A stretch of 64,000 nt of DNA from a candidate division FCPU426 bacterium (GCA_963830915.1 CAWHOE010000010.1:57089-121088), one strand, 5' to 3'; positions 30,926-41,534 are shown, counted from the first letter of the stretch. Made by a program: numbers and translations. Notes: generated from the letters alone by a model not told the origin.

Positions 30926-30986
30926 TCATAGTCTCCCATAGTTACACACAACATAATGCATGCTAATAATACCGCTTTTCGGTGGT

Positions 30987-32186
30987 TCAAGGTCCGAAGA
31001 TTTTGACCACCCCGTTGTCGATGATGTACATCTTGCCCGAGGGACTACAGGTCAGGTAATCGATCATGCCAAGGGTGTGGGTCCCGGTGTTACCCCATTG
31101 GCAGAGGTATGTGCCGTTCGTAGTGAAATCCTCCACCCTTGCGTTGGTGTAATCGGTCACATAGACGATACCGAGCTTATCCACGCACACCCCGCAGGAT
31201 AAGAGGCCGAATTGGCCAGGCCCGGTGCCGTAGCCTCCCCAATGGCATAGACAGTTACCCTTGTTGTCGTACTTGTAAACACAAGTCGTGTTGTAATCCG
31301 GGGTATAAAGATATCCCCATTGGTCGCAGGCGATGCCGTCCGGGTTGCTGTTGAATCCATCCCAGGCGCCGCTAGTGGTCCAGATGGTGATGAAATTCCC
31401 ACTTCCGTCGAACTCCTGGATATTGGTATTACCCGTGTCCACCACGTATACGTTGTTCGAAGGATCGCAGGTGATCCCACGTGGCTGATTAAATTGGCCC
31501 TGGCCCGACCCGGGAGTCCCCCACCATGTGACGAAGACCCCGTCGCTGGTGAATTTTTGGACATTCTCATCGCCGTCGTCACAGGTATAGATGTTGTCGT
31601 TGGAATCGATACATATGCCCGCCATGATCGAGAATTGGGATTTGCCCGCCCCGTGGGTACCCCATTGCTTGATATAGGTCCCCGTGCTCGAGAATTTTTG
31701 GATGCGGTAATTATCCCGATCCAGGACGTAGATATTTCCCAAGGAATCGGCGCAGATGCCGTAGGGCGAGCCGATGAACTGTCCCGGTCCGCTTCCCACC
31801 GAACCCCATTGGCTGATATAGGTGAGTGGCTGGGCGTTAGGTGTGTTGGTGCTGGTGACCGTGGGGGTTGAGGTGGCGGTGGAAGTGGAGGAATTGGTCG
31901 CCGTAATGGTCGGGGTATCGGTGGGTTGGATGATCCTGGTCGCTGTGAGGGTCGGGCTATTGGTGAGGGTGGGCGTGAAGACGGGTGTGAAGGAATTGGT
32001 CGGCGTATTGACCGGGGTTTTGGTAGGGGTAGAGGAGGCGGTCGCTGTGAAGATGGATGTCGCCGTGGGTGTGTCGGTCAAGATAAGGGAGGCGGGATTG
32101 GTGGGAACGTTGTAGGTCTTGGAACAGCCAAAAAAGGTCAGGGAACTTGCCAATACGACATACAGGAAATACCGGTTATTACTCAT
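30987..32186 (-). CDS. Lipoprotein: Thr/Pro stalk plus NHL-repeat beta-propeller (paralog 2)
   Basis: Lipobox FFGC, GGAGG RBS, NHL repeats colinear with paralog 1. Confidence 0.9.
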   Translation of the reverse strand: MSNNRYFLYVVLASSLTFFGCSKTYNVPTNPASLILTDTPTATSIFTATASSTPTKTPVNTPTNSFTPVFTPTLTNSPTLTATRIIQPTDTPTITATNSSTSTATSTPTVTSTNTPNAQPLTYISQWGSVGSGPGQFIGSPYGICADSLGNIYVLDRDNYRIQKFSSTGTYIKQWGTHGAGKSQFSIMAGICIDSNDNIYTCDDGDENVQKFTSDGVFVTWWGTPGSGQGQFNQPRGITCDPSNNVYVVDTGNTNIQEFDGSGNFITIWTTSGAWDGFNSNPDGIACDQWGYLYTPDYNTTCVYKYDNKGNCLCHWGGYGTGPGQFGLLSCGVCVDKLGIVYVTDYTNARVEDFTTNGTYLCQWGNTGTHTLGMIDYLTCSPSGKMYIIDNGVVKIFGP

Positions 32187-32467
32187 TGATCACCTCCGGA
32201 TAAAGAAGCCCCGTGATTCATTTGAACGATATTCCCGTTATTTTGCATAGTCTGCGCCACATTTAAGTCTTTAGGAAAAAAGGTCTTTTCCGCCTTGGGG
32301 AGAGGCACGAAGGCCCTTTGAAAAGCCCGTCTTTCGCCAAAAAACCAGCTTTCGGAACTATCGAATTCTTGACTGGTAACGCATGGGTTGGTCTCCGGGA
32401 ATCGTTGTTCTATACCTTCTAGACGGGGATATCCGGAAATAATTCCAAGTTTTTTAAAAGAAAATAG

Positions 32468-35400
32468 TTATCGGGTAATTAGCCATTTCATGACGGAATT
32501 ACGGGGGGAGGAGGGGCTTTGGGTGGTGGATACCTGCACATAGTAGAGGCCGTTGGCCAGGAGTTTGCCGTTCTTGTCCGCCATCGGCAGGGTGATCACT
32601 TGTCCCGGACTTACCTGGCCATAATCCTTCTCGAATATCACCCTGAACGACAAGGTATATACCCGCACCTTGATCTTGACGGCGCTTATCAAACCCAGGT
32701 CGATCGAGAGGGGTGAGGTGTCGAGGGAGGGGTTGGGATAAAGCACCATGGGATGGAAGAAAGGTGTCGCCGTTATTGTTGGAGTATCTGTATCGACGGC
32801 CGTGAGGGTTGGGGTGGAAGTGGAAGAAGGCGTGAATGTTTGGGTCGGCGTGTATGTGGGTGAGGGTGTGAAGGTCTTGGTTGGCGTGTAAGTGATAGTA
32901 GACGTGGATGTAGGTGTCCCTGTATTGAAAATAGTAAGGGAGGGCGTGAAAGTGGGGGTTTGTGTTGACGTCGGAAGTCCAGAAGTGGGGCTGGGGGTCG
33001 GCGTGCCGTTCAAGAGGTCGACCGAATCCACGTAGACCGTTCCCGTCCAGGCTGACGAAGGAATGACCTGGATGCCCATCTGCATCACCTGGGAGATATT
33101 GGCGACCCCCGTAGTATTGAATAGGATGGTGTTCCAGGTCCCGGGGACCAGGGCATCCAGGGGCCCCGCTTGCCAGCTGTAAGAACTGGTCAACTTCATG
33201 AAGATATCGGCCTTGCTTCCGACCGGGAAATTCGCCGGCACGAAGACATGGGCGATCACGGCCTTGCCGGTAAGGTCCATCGCGGTCGAATAGGGAATGC
33301 CCACCTCGACATCGTTAGTGGTGAAACTGACGCCCACCTGGAGGGAATGACTGCCGAGGTAAAAGAAGGACGTGGTATTCAGTTCCGACACCGCCCCGTT
33401 GTTCAGATAGGTCCACCCCATGAGCGTGCCGTCCTCGAAGGGGTAGAGCGAGTTGTCCGCTCCCGCGGGTGTGGGACTCAATGTGGGGGAAAAGGTCTGG
33501 GTGGGTGTGGGCGAAATGGTCGGCGTATTGGTGATGGTCGGCGTCGGGGTATACCAGGTCCCCGTGGGGGTAGGTGTCTTCGTGAAGGTCCAGGTGGGGG
33601 TGGGCGTGACGGTGGGGATCGCCCCATACAGGGCCACCTGGTCCAGCAGGAAATAATAAGCCCCGATGGTCGGGCTCACGACATCGAACTTAACTCCCGT
33701 CATGTCCGTTCCCGTCGGGGGAAGCCCGGTCTGAGTGCCCCAACCCGCTTGGGTCATGGTCGAAAAGGGAATTTGGACCAGATGCCAATTACCGTCCGCC
33801 ACCACCGCGACGTTCACCCCCAGGTAATCGCCCGTCGTGACACCAGCGCTGGTTATCTGGGCCCGGTAGGTGTGGCCGGTCACATCCCCATAAATATAGA
33901 ACTCGATACCCGAATACCCCGCGGCCACGGCGTTGTAGGCGGCCATGCCGGGTTTGAGGTAGGACAGGTAATTGCAGTAGCCACCGGTAGCCAGGTTCCC
34001 GTAAACGCTGACGCCTGTGCTGGTGGAATTGGCCCCTGGGTTGGTATAGGCCACCAGCAGGGCCGTGGCGTTCCCCGTGGGCCCGGCATAGGCCCCCCAA
34101 GGCTGGCCCCAAAGATTGTTGCGGGTGGCCGGGCTGACCAGATTGTTCTCGTCAAAATCATCGATCATACTGACCGCGATATTGGAAGTGGCCGTGGGCG
34201 TCAAACTGTAGGTCTGGGTGGGGGTTTGGGTTGGCGTGGAGGTGTACCAGGTTCCGGTGGGGGTGAAGGTAGGCGTGCGGTCGTCATGGCCTGTTCCCTG
34301 CAGATAGATCGTATAGGGCGTCTTGTGGGGGGTGTTGTTGGGGATCTGGAGAATGGCCTGGGCCAAGCCAGAGAATGTTGGCTGGAAAGCGACCTTGAAG
34401 GTGGCCGTGCCTCCCGCCGTCAGGGTGCTGACCGAAGGCTGGGCGACCACGGCGAATTCGGTCGCGTTGGGGCCGGTCAGCCGAACCAAGCTGGTTCCGC
34501 CATTGGCCAATCCGGTGAGGCTCAAGGAAGCCAGGGCGGTGGAGGAGTCGGCCAGGGTGAAGGTCTCGGTCACGGGCAGGCTGAAGCCCACGTTCCCGAA
34601 ATCGGTTCCGTCGCCGGTGGAAGGGGTGAAGTTCAGGTCCTGGATGGTCACGGCTCCCGGTCCCAAGACCGTCATGTCCGAATAGAGGGCGGTCTGGAAG
34701 GGAGACGCCAGGTACCCGTTCACGTCGGACAGGTTCGCTACCGGCCCGTTGGTGTCGACCGGGTCCCAGCCCCAGGCGTAGCGGACCATGGCGGGGTTGG
34801 AAACCGAGGGACTGCTCACGGCCACCGTGTTACCCACGATGGTGGCGGCGGCGAAAACCCAGCCCGCCGTATCGGGGTCCGCGCTGGCGGCGGCGATCTG
34901 GAAACCGGTGACGGGCTGGGCGTCGCTCGTGGAAAGCCCGGGCGTGCCGTTGGGGAAGGTGAATAGGATCGTTACCGTGGAACCGCTCACCTGGAAGGAT
35001 TGGTACAGGGGCCCGGTGAAGGAGAGAGGGTCCGAATTCCCGTAGACCTGTTCCATGGCCCAGGGGGCCAGGCGGGCGGCGAAGGCTTCCTTGTTCATGG
35101 GATGGTAGGAGATCGCCGCGTCGCAATTGAGCGCCTGGGCGTTCAGGTCGAAGTTCACGCTCATGCCCGTCAAGGGCAGCTTCAAGGCGTTGAACTGGCC
35201 CCAGCGCACATCGGCGATGCTCACGTTGGCCAGGGGGGAATAGGGTTCGGTGCCGGTCCAATAGGTGCAGGGGGAGGAGGCCGTGTTCATGTTCGCGATG
35301 TTCTGCAATTGGACGATATAAAAGGGAAGGACGCCGTTCCATTTCACGCGCCAGTCCTTGATGAGCGAGGCCAAGATGAGCGGGTATTGCTCGGGGGGAA

Positions 35401-36244
35401 GCCAGCCATGGAAATTACCCGGGGAGATGGTGTTGCCCTCGTTGGTCTCGCCCTGGTCCCAGAACACGGCCCGGAGGTTGAAGGCCGTCAGGGGGGCGAT
35501 CATGGCGTTGTAACAACCCGTGGGCCAGGAATCGGAAGGGGTCGAGCTGTAATTGGTCAAGGAAACGGCCGCGGGATACATGGCCGGGTCGGAGAGGATG
35601 GCCTGCGAGCTCATGAAGGCTTCAGCCGGCATACCGCCATAAGCGGATTGGATGAGCCCGATGGGTACGTTCTCCCTTTGGTAAAGGTCCCGGCCGAGGT
35701 AATAGGCGAGACCGGAAAAATTCCCCACGTTGGCGGTGTTGGCCGGTGTGCAGGTGAACCAGCTGTTGAGGGGGATGTCGGATAAGGGGAATTGCTGGAT
35801 GCCGTCAGCGATATGAAGCATGCGGATATTCGGGAAATTGGCGGTGGCGGCGTCGGAGGATCCGTTGGGCGTACATTCGGCGAGGTAGACATCGTCCATG
35901 TTGGATTGCCCCGAACACAGGAAGATATCCCCCACGACCACGTTGGAATAAGTGATCGAGTTGCTGGATCCCTGGACCTGAAGGGATTGGCCGGTCGAGT
36001 TGGCCGTCATGGAGGAAAGGGTCACTGACCAGGAACCGGAAGCGTTCGCCACACCGGTGACGGTTTGAGTGCCAAAGGTGACCGTCACTGGCTCGCCGAC
36101 GTTGGCGGTCCCATAGATGTTCACCGGACCGTTCCTCTGCAGGATCATGTTGTTGCTGAAGATGTTGGCGAAAGCCACTGTGGCCCTGGTCGGGGAAACC
36201 AGCGATAGGATCAGGAGAATGAACGCTATTATCTTGAAGTTCAT
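32468..36244 (-). CDS. Secreted multimodular sialate O-acetylesterase-family (SGNH) carbohydrate esterase with Ig-like domain, two CBM-like domains, Thr/Pro linkers and CTD
   Basis: MILQRN, GDIFLCSGQSNM, VPIGLI..AYGG, YNAMIAPL, WDQGETN, HPMNK, VRYAW, PFQT. CBM11-like module MIDDFD...VQIPFS. CTD YPNP...VYTLSFR...ANGLYY...KWLITR. Confidence 0.88.
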   Translation of the reverse strand: MNFKIIAFILLILSLVSPTRATVAFANIFSNNMILQRNGPVNIYGTANVGEPVTVTFGTQTVTGVANASGSWSVTLSSMTANSTGQSLQVQGSSNSITYSNVVVGDIFLCSGQSNMDDVYLAECTPNGSSDAATANFPNIRMLHIADGIQQFPLSDIPLNSWFTCTPANTANVGNFSGLAYYLGRDLYQRENVPIGLIQSAYGGMPAEAFMSSQAILSDPAMYPAAVSLTNYSSTPSDSWPTGCYNAMIAPLTAFNLRAVFWDQGETNEGNTISPGNFHGWLPPEQYPLILASLIKDWRVKWNGVLPFYIVQLQNIANMNTASSPCTYWTGTEPYSPLANVSIADVRWGQFNALKLPLTGMSVNFDLNAQALNCDAAISYHPMNKEAFAARLAPWAMEQVYGNSDPLSFTGPLYQSFQVSGSTVTILFTFPNGTPGLSTSDAQPVTGFQIAAASADPDTAGWVFAAATIVGNTVAVSSPSVSNPAMVRYAWGWDPVDTNGPVANLSDVNGYLASPFQTALYSDMTVLGPGAVTIQDLNFTPSTGDGTDFGNVGFSLPVTETFTLADSSTALASLSLTGLANGGTSLVRLTGPNATEFAVVAQPSVSTLTAGGTATFKVAFQPTFSGLAQAILQIPNNTPHKTPYTIYLQGTGHDDRTPTFTPTGTWYTSTPTQTPTQTYSLTPTATSNIAVSMIDDFDENNLVSPATRNNLWGQPWGAYAGPTGNATALLVAYTNPGANSTSTGVSVYGNLATGGYCNYLSYLKPGMAAYNAVAAGYSGIEFYIYGDVTGHTYRAQITSAGVTTGDYLGVNVAVVADGNWHLVQIPFSTMTQAGWGTQTGLPPTGTDMTGVKFDVVSPTIGAYYFLLDQVALYGAIPTVTPTPTWTFTKTPTPTGTWYTPTPTITNTPTISPTPTQTFSPTLSPTPAGADNSLYPFEDGTLMGWTYLNNGAVSELNTTSFFYLGSHSLQVGVSFTTNDVEVGIPYSTAMDLTGKAVIAHVFVPANFPVGSKADIFMKLTSSYSWQAGPLDALVPGTWNTILFNTTGVANISQVMQMGIQVIPSSAWTGTVYVDSVDLLNGTPTPSPTSGLPTSTQTPTFTPSLTIFNTGTPTSTSTITYTPTKTFTPSPTYTPTQTFTPSSTSTPTLTAVDTDTPTITATPFFHPMVLYPNPSLDTSPLSIDLGLISAVKIKVRVYTLSFRVIFEKDYGQVSPGQVITLPMADKNGKLLANGLYYVQVSTTQSPSSPRNSVMKWLITR

Positions 36245-36530
36245 GATAGGTTCTCCTTAGGCGGTTTTTGTGAAACCGCTTTCATTTTTGAAGGTCCAGA
36301 AAAAGAAAAAATGTTCAACCGGAATTGCGAAGAGACCTTCTACGAAAAGATCGATGGTTAGTTGTTTATTATTATATTGTCCCCAATGTTTCTTCCAACG
36401 AAATTAGGGTTTTTCTAATTTTATGACTGGGAATTTCCGAAAAGAATCCAATCGTGTTTCATGGTTTTATTGCCTGTGTGGCGGAGTGGTTCCCCGATGG
36501 AACGGGCGCAGGTTGCGGCTGAAATCAACC

Positions 36531-37541
36531 TTACGGATGATCGGATGGGGAAAGGGTTTGGGAGAAATAGCTGAAGGTATTGCGGATTCTCTTGGCGTGA
36601 TAAACGGCCGCGTCGGCGTTCTTGATGAGCTTTTCGATGGTATCCCCATCCTCAGGAAAAAGGCTGGCGCCGATACTGCAGGTGATATGGATGGTATTTC
36701 CCCCGATCTCAATGGGGCTGGAAAGATATTCCAGTATCTTCCGTCCTACCATGGAAGCGTCGGAGGGCTGGGCCAGGCCGTTCAGGATAACGGTAAATTC
36801 GTCCCCGCCCTGGCGGGCCACCGTATCGCCCTCTCGCAGGCAAAGCCTTATCCTCTCGGCAGTTTCCCGTAAAAGCAGGTCTCCCATCGGATGGCCCAAG
36901 GAATCGTTCACCTGTTTGAAGTGGTCCAGGTCGATGAAAAGCACGGCCAGGGGCTTGGCGTTCCGCACCGATTGGGCCATGGCCTGGGAGAGCCGGTCGT
37001 AAAAAAGGAGCCGGTTGGGCAGGCCGGTCAAGGTGTCGTGATGGGCTATGTGGTAAAGCTGGGCCTGCTTTTGTTCCGTGACTTCCTTGATGAGCCGGTG
37101 GCCCGTGCCGATGCCCCGGTATTTCCCATCCTCTGTGATGATGAAACCCTCGTATAAGTACTTTTCCTCCTCGTCGGCGATGATGGAGCTCAGGTCGTCC
37201 AAATGGACCGTGCTTTCCACCGAAAGGAAGTTCTTTTCCATGACCATGGCGATGGGTTTGCGCTCGTAGATCTCCCGGAAGAACCTGCGGGAAAAGCGGT
37301 CGACCAGGGCGAAGCGGTTCACCAGCCCGACTGGGGTTTCTCCATCCACCACCGCGATGGATTGTATGGAGATGTCGTTGGCGAAAATGCGGTAAACATC
37401 CTCGCAGGGCACGCTGGGGGCGACCGGGAGCACTGGCACGAGCAGGCGCTGGATGAACTGGCTCGGGTTGGTTTTTTTGTTTTCCAGAAGGGCAGAGGTG
37501 GAAAGGGGTTGACTCTTGTTCGTCATTTGCGGCACCGCCAT
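36531..37541 (-). CDS. CBS-domain diguanylate cyclase
   Basis: CBS pair, then HDTLTGLPNR, FIDLDHFKQVND, RQGGDEF, ADAAVYHAK. Confidence 0.92.
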   Translation of the reverse strand: MAVPQMTNKSQPLSTSALLENKKTNPSQFIQRLLVPVLPVAPSVPCEDVYRIFANDISIQSIAVVDGETPVGLVNRFALVDRFSRRFFREIYERKPIAMVMEKNFLSVESTVHLDDLSSIIADEEEKYLYEGFIITEDGKYRGIGTGHRLIKEVTEQKQAQLYHIAHHDTLTGLPNRLLFYDRLSQAMAQSVRNAKPLAVLFIDLDHFKQVNDSLGHPMGDLLLRETAERIRLCLREGDTVARQGGDEFTVILNGLAQPSDASMVGRKILEYLSSPIEIGGNTIHITCSIGASLFPEDGDTIEKLIKNADAAVYHAKRIRNTFSYFSQTLSPSDHP

Positions 37542-37998
37542 AAGAAAGACTAGGGTTATCCTATGGGAAGGCCGTCGGGATGGGTTTCTTGCGTGTAAAA
37601 AGTGATGTTAAATTTTGGGGCCGGAATGCCCGCCCAACAATGGGAAAGCGCTTATTATTTTAAAATGGTGAAACACAGGGGGTTCATTTCATCTCCTTTT
37701 ACCCCATCCTTTTTTGGAAGAGGGTAACAGAGAAAGTTTATCCAGCCTCTCCCTTTTCCACTAGCTCGTGGTCGATTAATGAAATATTTGTGATTCGTTA
37801 AACCTTGTTTTGGTTTGCGGAAAATCTGTCGGACTGACCAGCGACTTGTTTTAACCAAGTTTTCAATCCCATTGGAAGCATCTATACTGCCGAGGTCTTT
37901 CTAATAAAAAATTTAATGGCTCCGTGCTTCGGAAGAAAATAAGTGGGCCGAATGTTATTGGTCCGACATCTTGAGTCCGAAAATATTTGATGGGCACT

Positions 37999-39593
37999 AT
38001 GGAAAATACGATCAATAAAAAAACAGATGCATTCCTCATCCTTCTTCTCCTCTTTGCCCTGAGTTTGCCTGGTTTTGCCCTGGCCCAATGTTCGGGTGAC
38101 CTGATAGTCCCCAGTGGGAGCGCCACCGCTTTGTCGGGGACCTATAACTTTTGTTCCGTTTATATCGCGGGGTCGGTCACCGCGATGGGACAATTAACAT
38201 TTAATGTGTCTGGGGGCGGAGGGGTGACATTGGATACGGGAGGCCAGATCATCATGACCCAATTCTCCGCGGGTACCTGCGGAGGACCGGGGGATGGTAC
38301 GGGCGGAGGCGGGGGCGCGGGTGGGGGTGGTTTATTGGGTGGAGCGGGCGGTGGTACCTCGGGCGGTGGAGTCGGAGGCACGGACGCGACGAATGGCTAC
38401 GGGGGTTGCGGGAGCGGGTCAGTACCGGACCAGGGGGGCGCGGAGGGAGGCGCGGTCACCATCAACGCGACCGGAGGGGCGATCGTCCTGAATGGTTCCA
38501 TCGCCGCGGATGGGTACTCGGGCGTGCCCGGCTACTGTATTGGAGCCATTTGCGGCGGCGGTGGCGGTGGACTTGGAGGCACGGTGGTGGTCACAGGCCA
38601 GACCATATCAGGCGGTGGGTCTGTCGAGGCCAACGGGGGCAATGGAGGTGCGGGAAAAAGAGCCCTTGGTGATGTAAGTGACATATATAACGGGGGCGGC
38701 GGGGGAGCGGGCGGGGAGATATTGTTCTGCGCCCCGGGAGGGAATAGCTTCACCGGAACGACCCTTACCAACGGCGGGGCGCCCGGCGGCACGGTTGGGA
38801 CGGGAGGGCCCTATGGTGGCAGCGCGGGGTTTTATAACGCGAACGCCTGCCCGCCGACCAATACCCCAACCTTCACCCCGACGGATACGGCCACCCTGAC
38901 CCCGACCAATACTCTCACTCAAACCAGCACGCCCTCCGCCACTAACAGCGCCACGGCGACTGAAACCCCTACAAATAGCTCCACTCCTTCCGATACCTTC
39001 ACGGCCACGGATACCTGGACGTCTAGCGCGACCTACACTTCAACCAACACTCCCACCCCGACAATGACCGCTACGATCACCGACACGCCCACGCCAACCT
39101 CTACGCCAACCAATTCATTTACTCTGACCGATACGGGGACTCCGTTTCCACCCCAACCCTAACCTTGACCCCGACCTTCACTTTCACCTCCACCCAAACC
39201 GCGACCATGACCTGGTCCTTGACCCCGACTTTGACCCCTACCATCACCCTCACTCCCACCATCACCATGACACCCACGGTGACCTTGAGTCCCAGTCCCG
39301 TGTGCCATGATTCCCTTTATGTTTCCAAGAATCTTTATGTCCTTAGCGACCCGGGGTTCTTGGTTATTCGATTCTGTTTCTGCGATCAGGGAACTAGCGA
39401 CCTAGCGGTATACAACACTGCGGGTGAGAAGGTCAGGGACCTGGGCGAACAAGCAATTGTTCCGGGAAACCTGAATTCGGCGGATTGGGACGGTAAGAAC
39501 AAGGATGGGTCGCAGGTGGCTAGCGGTGTCTACATCATCCGCGTGGTAGGACCCTACAACGCCCTAGCGAATAAGGTAGTCGTGGTTCATTAG
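37999..39593 (+). pseudogene. Secreted glycine-rich domain protein with Thr/Pro linker and FlgD-Ig-like CTD, split by a 1-nt frameshift near 39145 (likely sequence error)
   Basis: ORFs 37987-39162 and 39165-39593. Adding one T to CCG TTT CCA restores ...[15 protein letters not shown]. Signal peptide ending ALA, poly-Gly repeats, CTD VYNTAGEKVR...WDGKN...VASGVY. Confidence 0.75.
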
Positions 39594-39734
39594 GTTTTTT
39601 CCGTCGGCTGGACTATCCAGGAAAATGTAGGTCCGATCTCATTTTCGTTACCCTGTTATTTGCGTTGTTGTGCCAGGGGTATTCGGCTTTATAATCCATC
39701 CATCATCAATCAAGCGCGAAAAAAAGGATATTCC

Positions 39735-40136
39735 GTGACGGTTAAACAGCTTCCTTCCATCCTCTTGGTGGATGACAGTTCCATCAGCCTTCATATGATC
39801 TCCCGCGCCCTCATCAATAAAGGATTCGCCGTGGAAACGGCTTCCGGCGGTGAAGAGTGTCTGGAAATGATGAAGAACAGGACCTTCGGCCTGGTACTGC
39901 TGGACCTCCTGATGCCGGGCATCGACGGTCTGGAAGTCTGCCGTAGGCTATCGGAACATCCTAACAGGACCCAATTCAAAGTGGCCATCTGTTCCGGGTG
40001 CGACGAGCAGGACGTGATCCAAAACAGCATTGGAGTCGGCGCGGACGCTTATTTCGTCAAAGAGGGAACCTCGGAAGATTTCGCCGAACGCCTATCGGCG
40101 CTTCTGGCGGGCGAACCCTCGTCCGATCCATCCTGA
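39735..40136 (+). CDS. Single-domain response regulator (CheY-like)
   Basis: ILLVDDS, LLDLLMPGIDG, ICS, GADAYFVK. GTG start after AAGGA. Confidence 0.87.
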   Translation: MTVKQLPSILLVDDSSISLHMISRALINKGFAVETASGGEECLEMMKNRTFGLVLLDLLMPGIDGLEVCRRLSEHPNRTQFKVAICSGCDEQDVIQNSIGVGADAYFVKEGTSEDFAERLSALLAGEPSSDPS

Positions 40137-40323
40137 CCCGTCCACGGCACATTAACTGCACCCGTTTTTCCTCCGCCTATTGACCCTGAAAAAGGTTGGT
40201 TTTGGGGTTTTCCCTGTTTTTGCGTTTATAGACTTTTGATGAGGGGGGTATAATCCGTTGGTCGGCCGTCCATGGTCCCGAAGGACCAGCGACGGACCAA
40301 AATTTACCTTGGAGGGAATTCTC

Positions 40324-41181
40324 ATGACGAAATATGGCATCCGGTATTTCGGTCTGCTCTTCTTCGCGTTGACCTTAACGGCTCTTCCGGTCCTCGCGGA
40401 CCAATATTTTTCGCGCGCCGGATTTGAAAAGGTCATCAATAACTGGGGTGATATCCGTAAAAAAGCAGCGGATAATTACAAGGACGCCAAGAATTTCTAC
40501 GGCGAGCTCCTCAAGCGGACCACAACCCCCACGGACCCGCTCTATACCCAAATGGCCCAAGCCCTGGAGAAGATGGCCCAGGTCCGGGACGAGTACGTAA
40601 CCCAGCTTGAGAAATTCGAGGACATCAGGACGGAAATGAACAGCCTCTATGGCGAAAGGAAGGATATCCATTCGACCGACGCCGATTGGCAAAATGTGGT
40701 GGCTCTCAACGATAAGATGAACGCCCTGGTTCTCCCATCCAATCAAGAGGGCAAGGTTTATCAACAGTCGGGGCAGGCCGTCTACGACCTGGCCAATTCC
40801 AACCATGTCAGGAAATACTCGGTCAAGGACATCTTTTACAAGGCCGGCGACATCATCGGAAAGTTCAAGAAAGCCCTGAAGGACGTCAATGGCAAGATGG
40901 ATCAAGGCAAGGCCTATCTGGCCCAAAATCCTGACCCGAAAAAACAAGCGGTCCTGGATGACCTGGCCCCGATGATCGATCAGATGACGGCGTTGGTGGC
41001 CGAGGCGGACGCCGCCAATCTTGAGTTCGACAAGAAATACGTGGATACGAAGGTTGAGACGATCTGGGAGGGTCCTGGCATTCCCAAAGTGATCCTGCTG
41101 GACACGCTCAAGGATGACGCCGGGAAATTGAACGACTTGGTCAACAAGTTCAACGACCGCGCCAAGGATCTCAAGAAATAG
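40324..41181 (+). CDS. Exported alpha-helical (coiled-coil) hypothetical protein
   Basis: GGAGG RBS, signal peptide ending VLA, K/D/A-rich amphipathic helices. Confidence 0.8.
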   Translation: MTKYGIRYFGLLFFALTLTALPVLADQYFSRAGFEKVINNWGDIRKKAADNYKDAKNFYGELLKRTTTPTDPLYTQMAQALEKMAQVRDEYVTQLEKFEDIRTEMNSLYGERKDIHSTDADWQNVVALNDKMNALVLPSNQEGKVYQQSGQAVYDLANSNHVRKYSVKDIFYKAGDIIGKFKKALKDVNGKMDQGKAYLAQNPDPKKQAVLDDLAPMIDQMTALVAEADAANLEFDKKYVDTKVETIWEGPGIPKVILLDTLKDDAGKLNDLVNKFNDRAKDLKK

Positions 41182-41288
41182 TCCGCTTTTGAAAGTGCTT
41201 GTCTAATGATTTGGGCTTGAAGGCCAAAATCGCTTGGAAAATAACAGGGAAGAGTATAATGAGGACCAATTAATTCTCTGGAGTTGTC

Positions 41289-41534
41289 ATGGCCAAGCGA
41301 AAAGGGCGGGTAAAGGTTGAGGCGAGCCGTTGTAAGGCTTGCGGCCTCTGCGTGGAGTTCTGCCCCAAGGATTGCCTGGAATCGGCGGACCACATGAACG
41401 CCATCGGCTATATCCCCATGCGTTTCAAGGAAGGGTCGGACTGTACGGCCTGCGGCAATTGCGCCCAGATGTGCCCGGACATGGCCATCCAGGTCTACTT
41501 CATCGAGGAGACCCCCGTCGAGGCCTACCAGTGA
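41289..41534 (+). CDS. 2-oxoacid:ferredoxin oxidoreductase delta subunit (2x[4Fe-4S] ferredoxin)
   Basis: CKACGLCVEFCP and CTACGNCAQMCPD. GTGA overlap with alpha subunit. Confidence 0.92.
   Translation: MAKRKGRVKVEASRCKACGLCVEFCPKDCLESADHMNAIGYIPMRFKEGSDCTACGNCAQMCPDMAIQVYFIEETPVEAYQ

Noticed and set aside
33170..34966. 598-aa plus-strand ORF and other long antisense ORFs (e.g. 14317-15090, 35000-35785, 42283-43173, 53476-54396, 59833-60603)
   Set aside because: They lie opposite well-supported genes in GC-rich coding DNA, with no recognisable motifs. Shadow ORFs.
39140..39165. Programmed ribosomal frameshift or phase variation at the split genes
   Set aside because: No slippery heptamer or long homopolymer/SSR at any of the four sites. 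Sequence error is more parsimonious.
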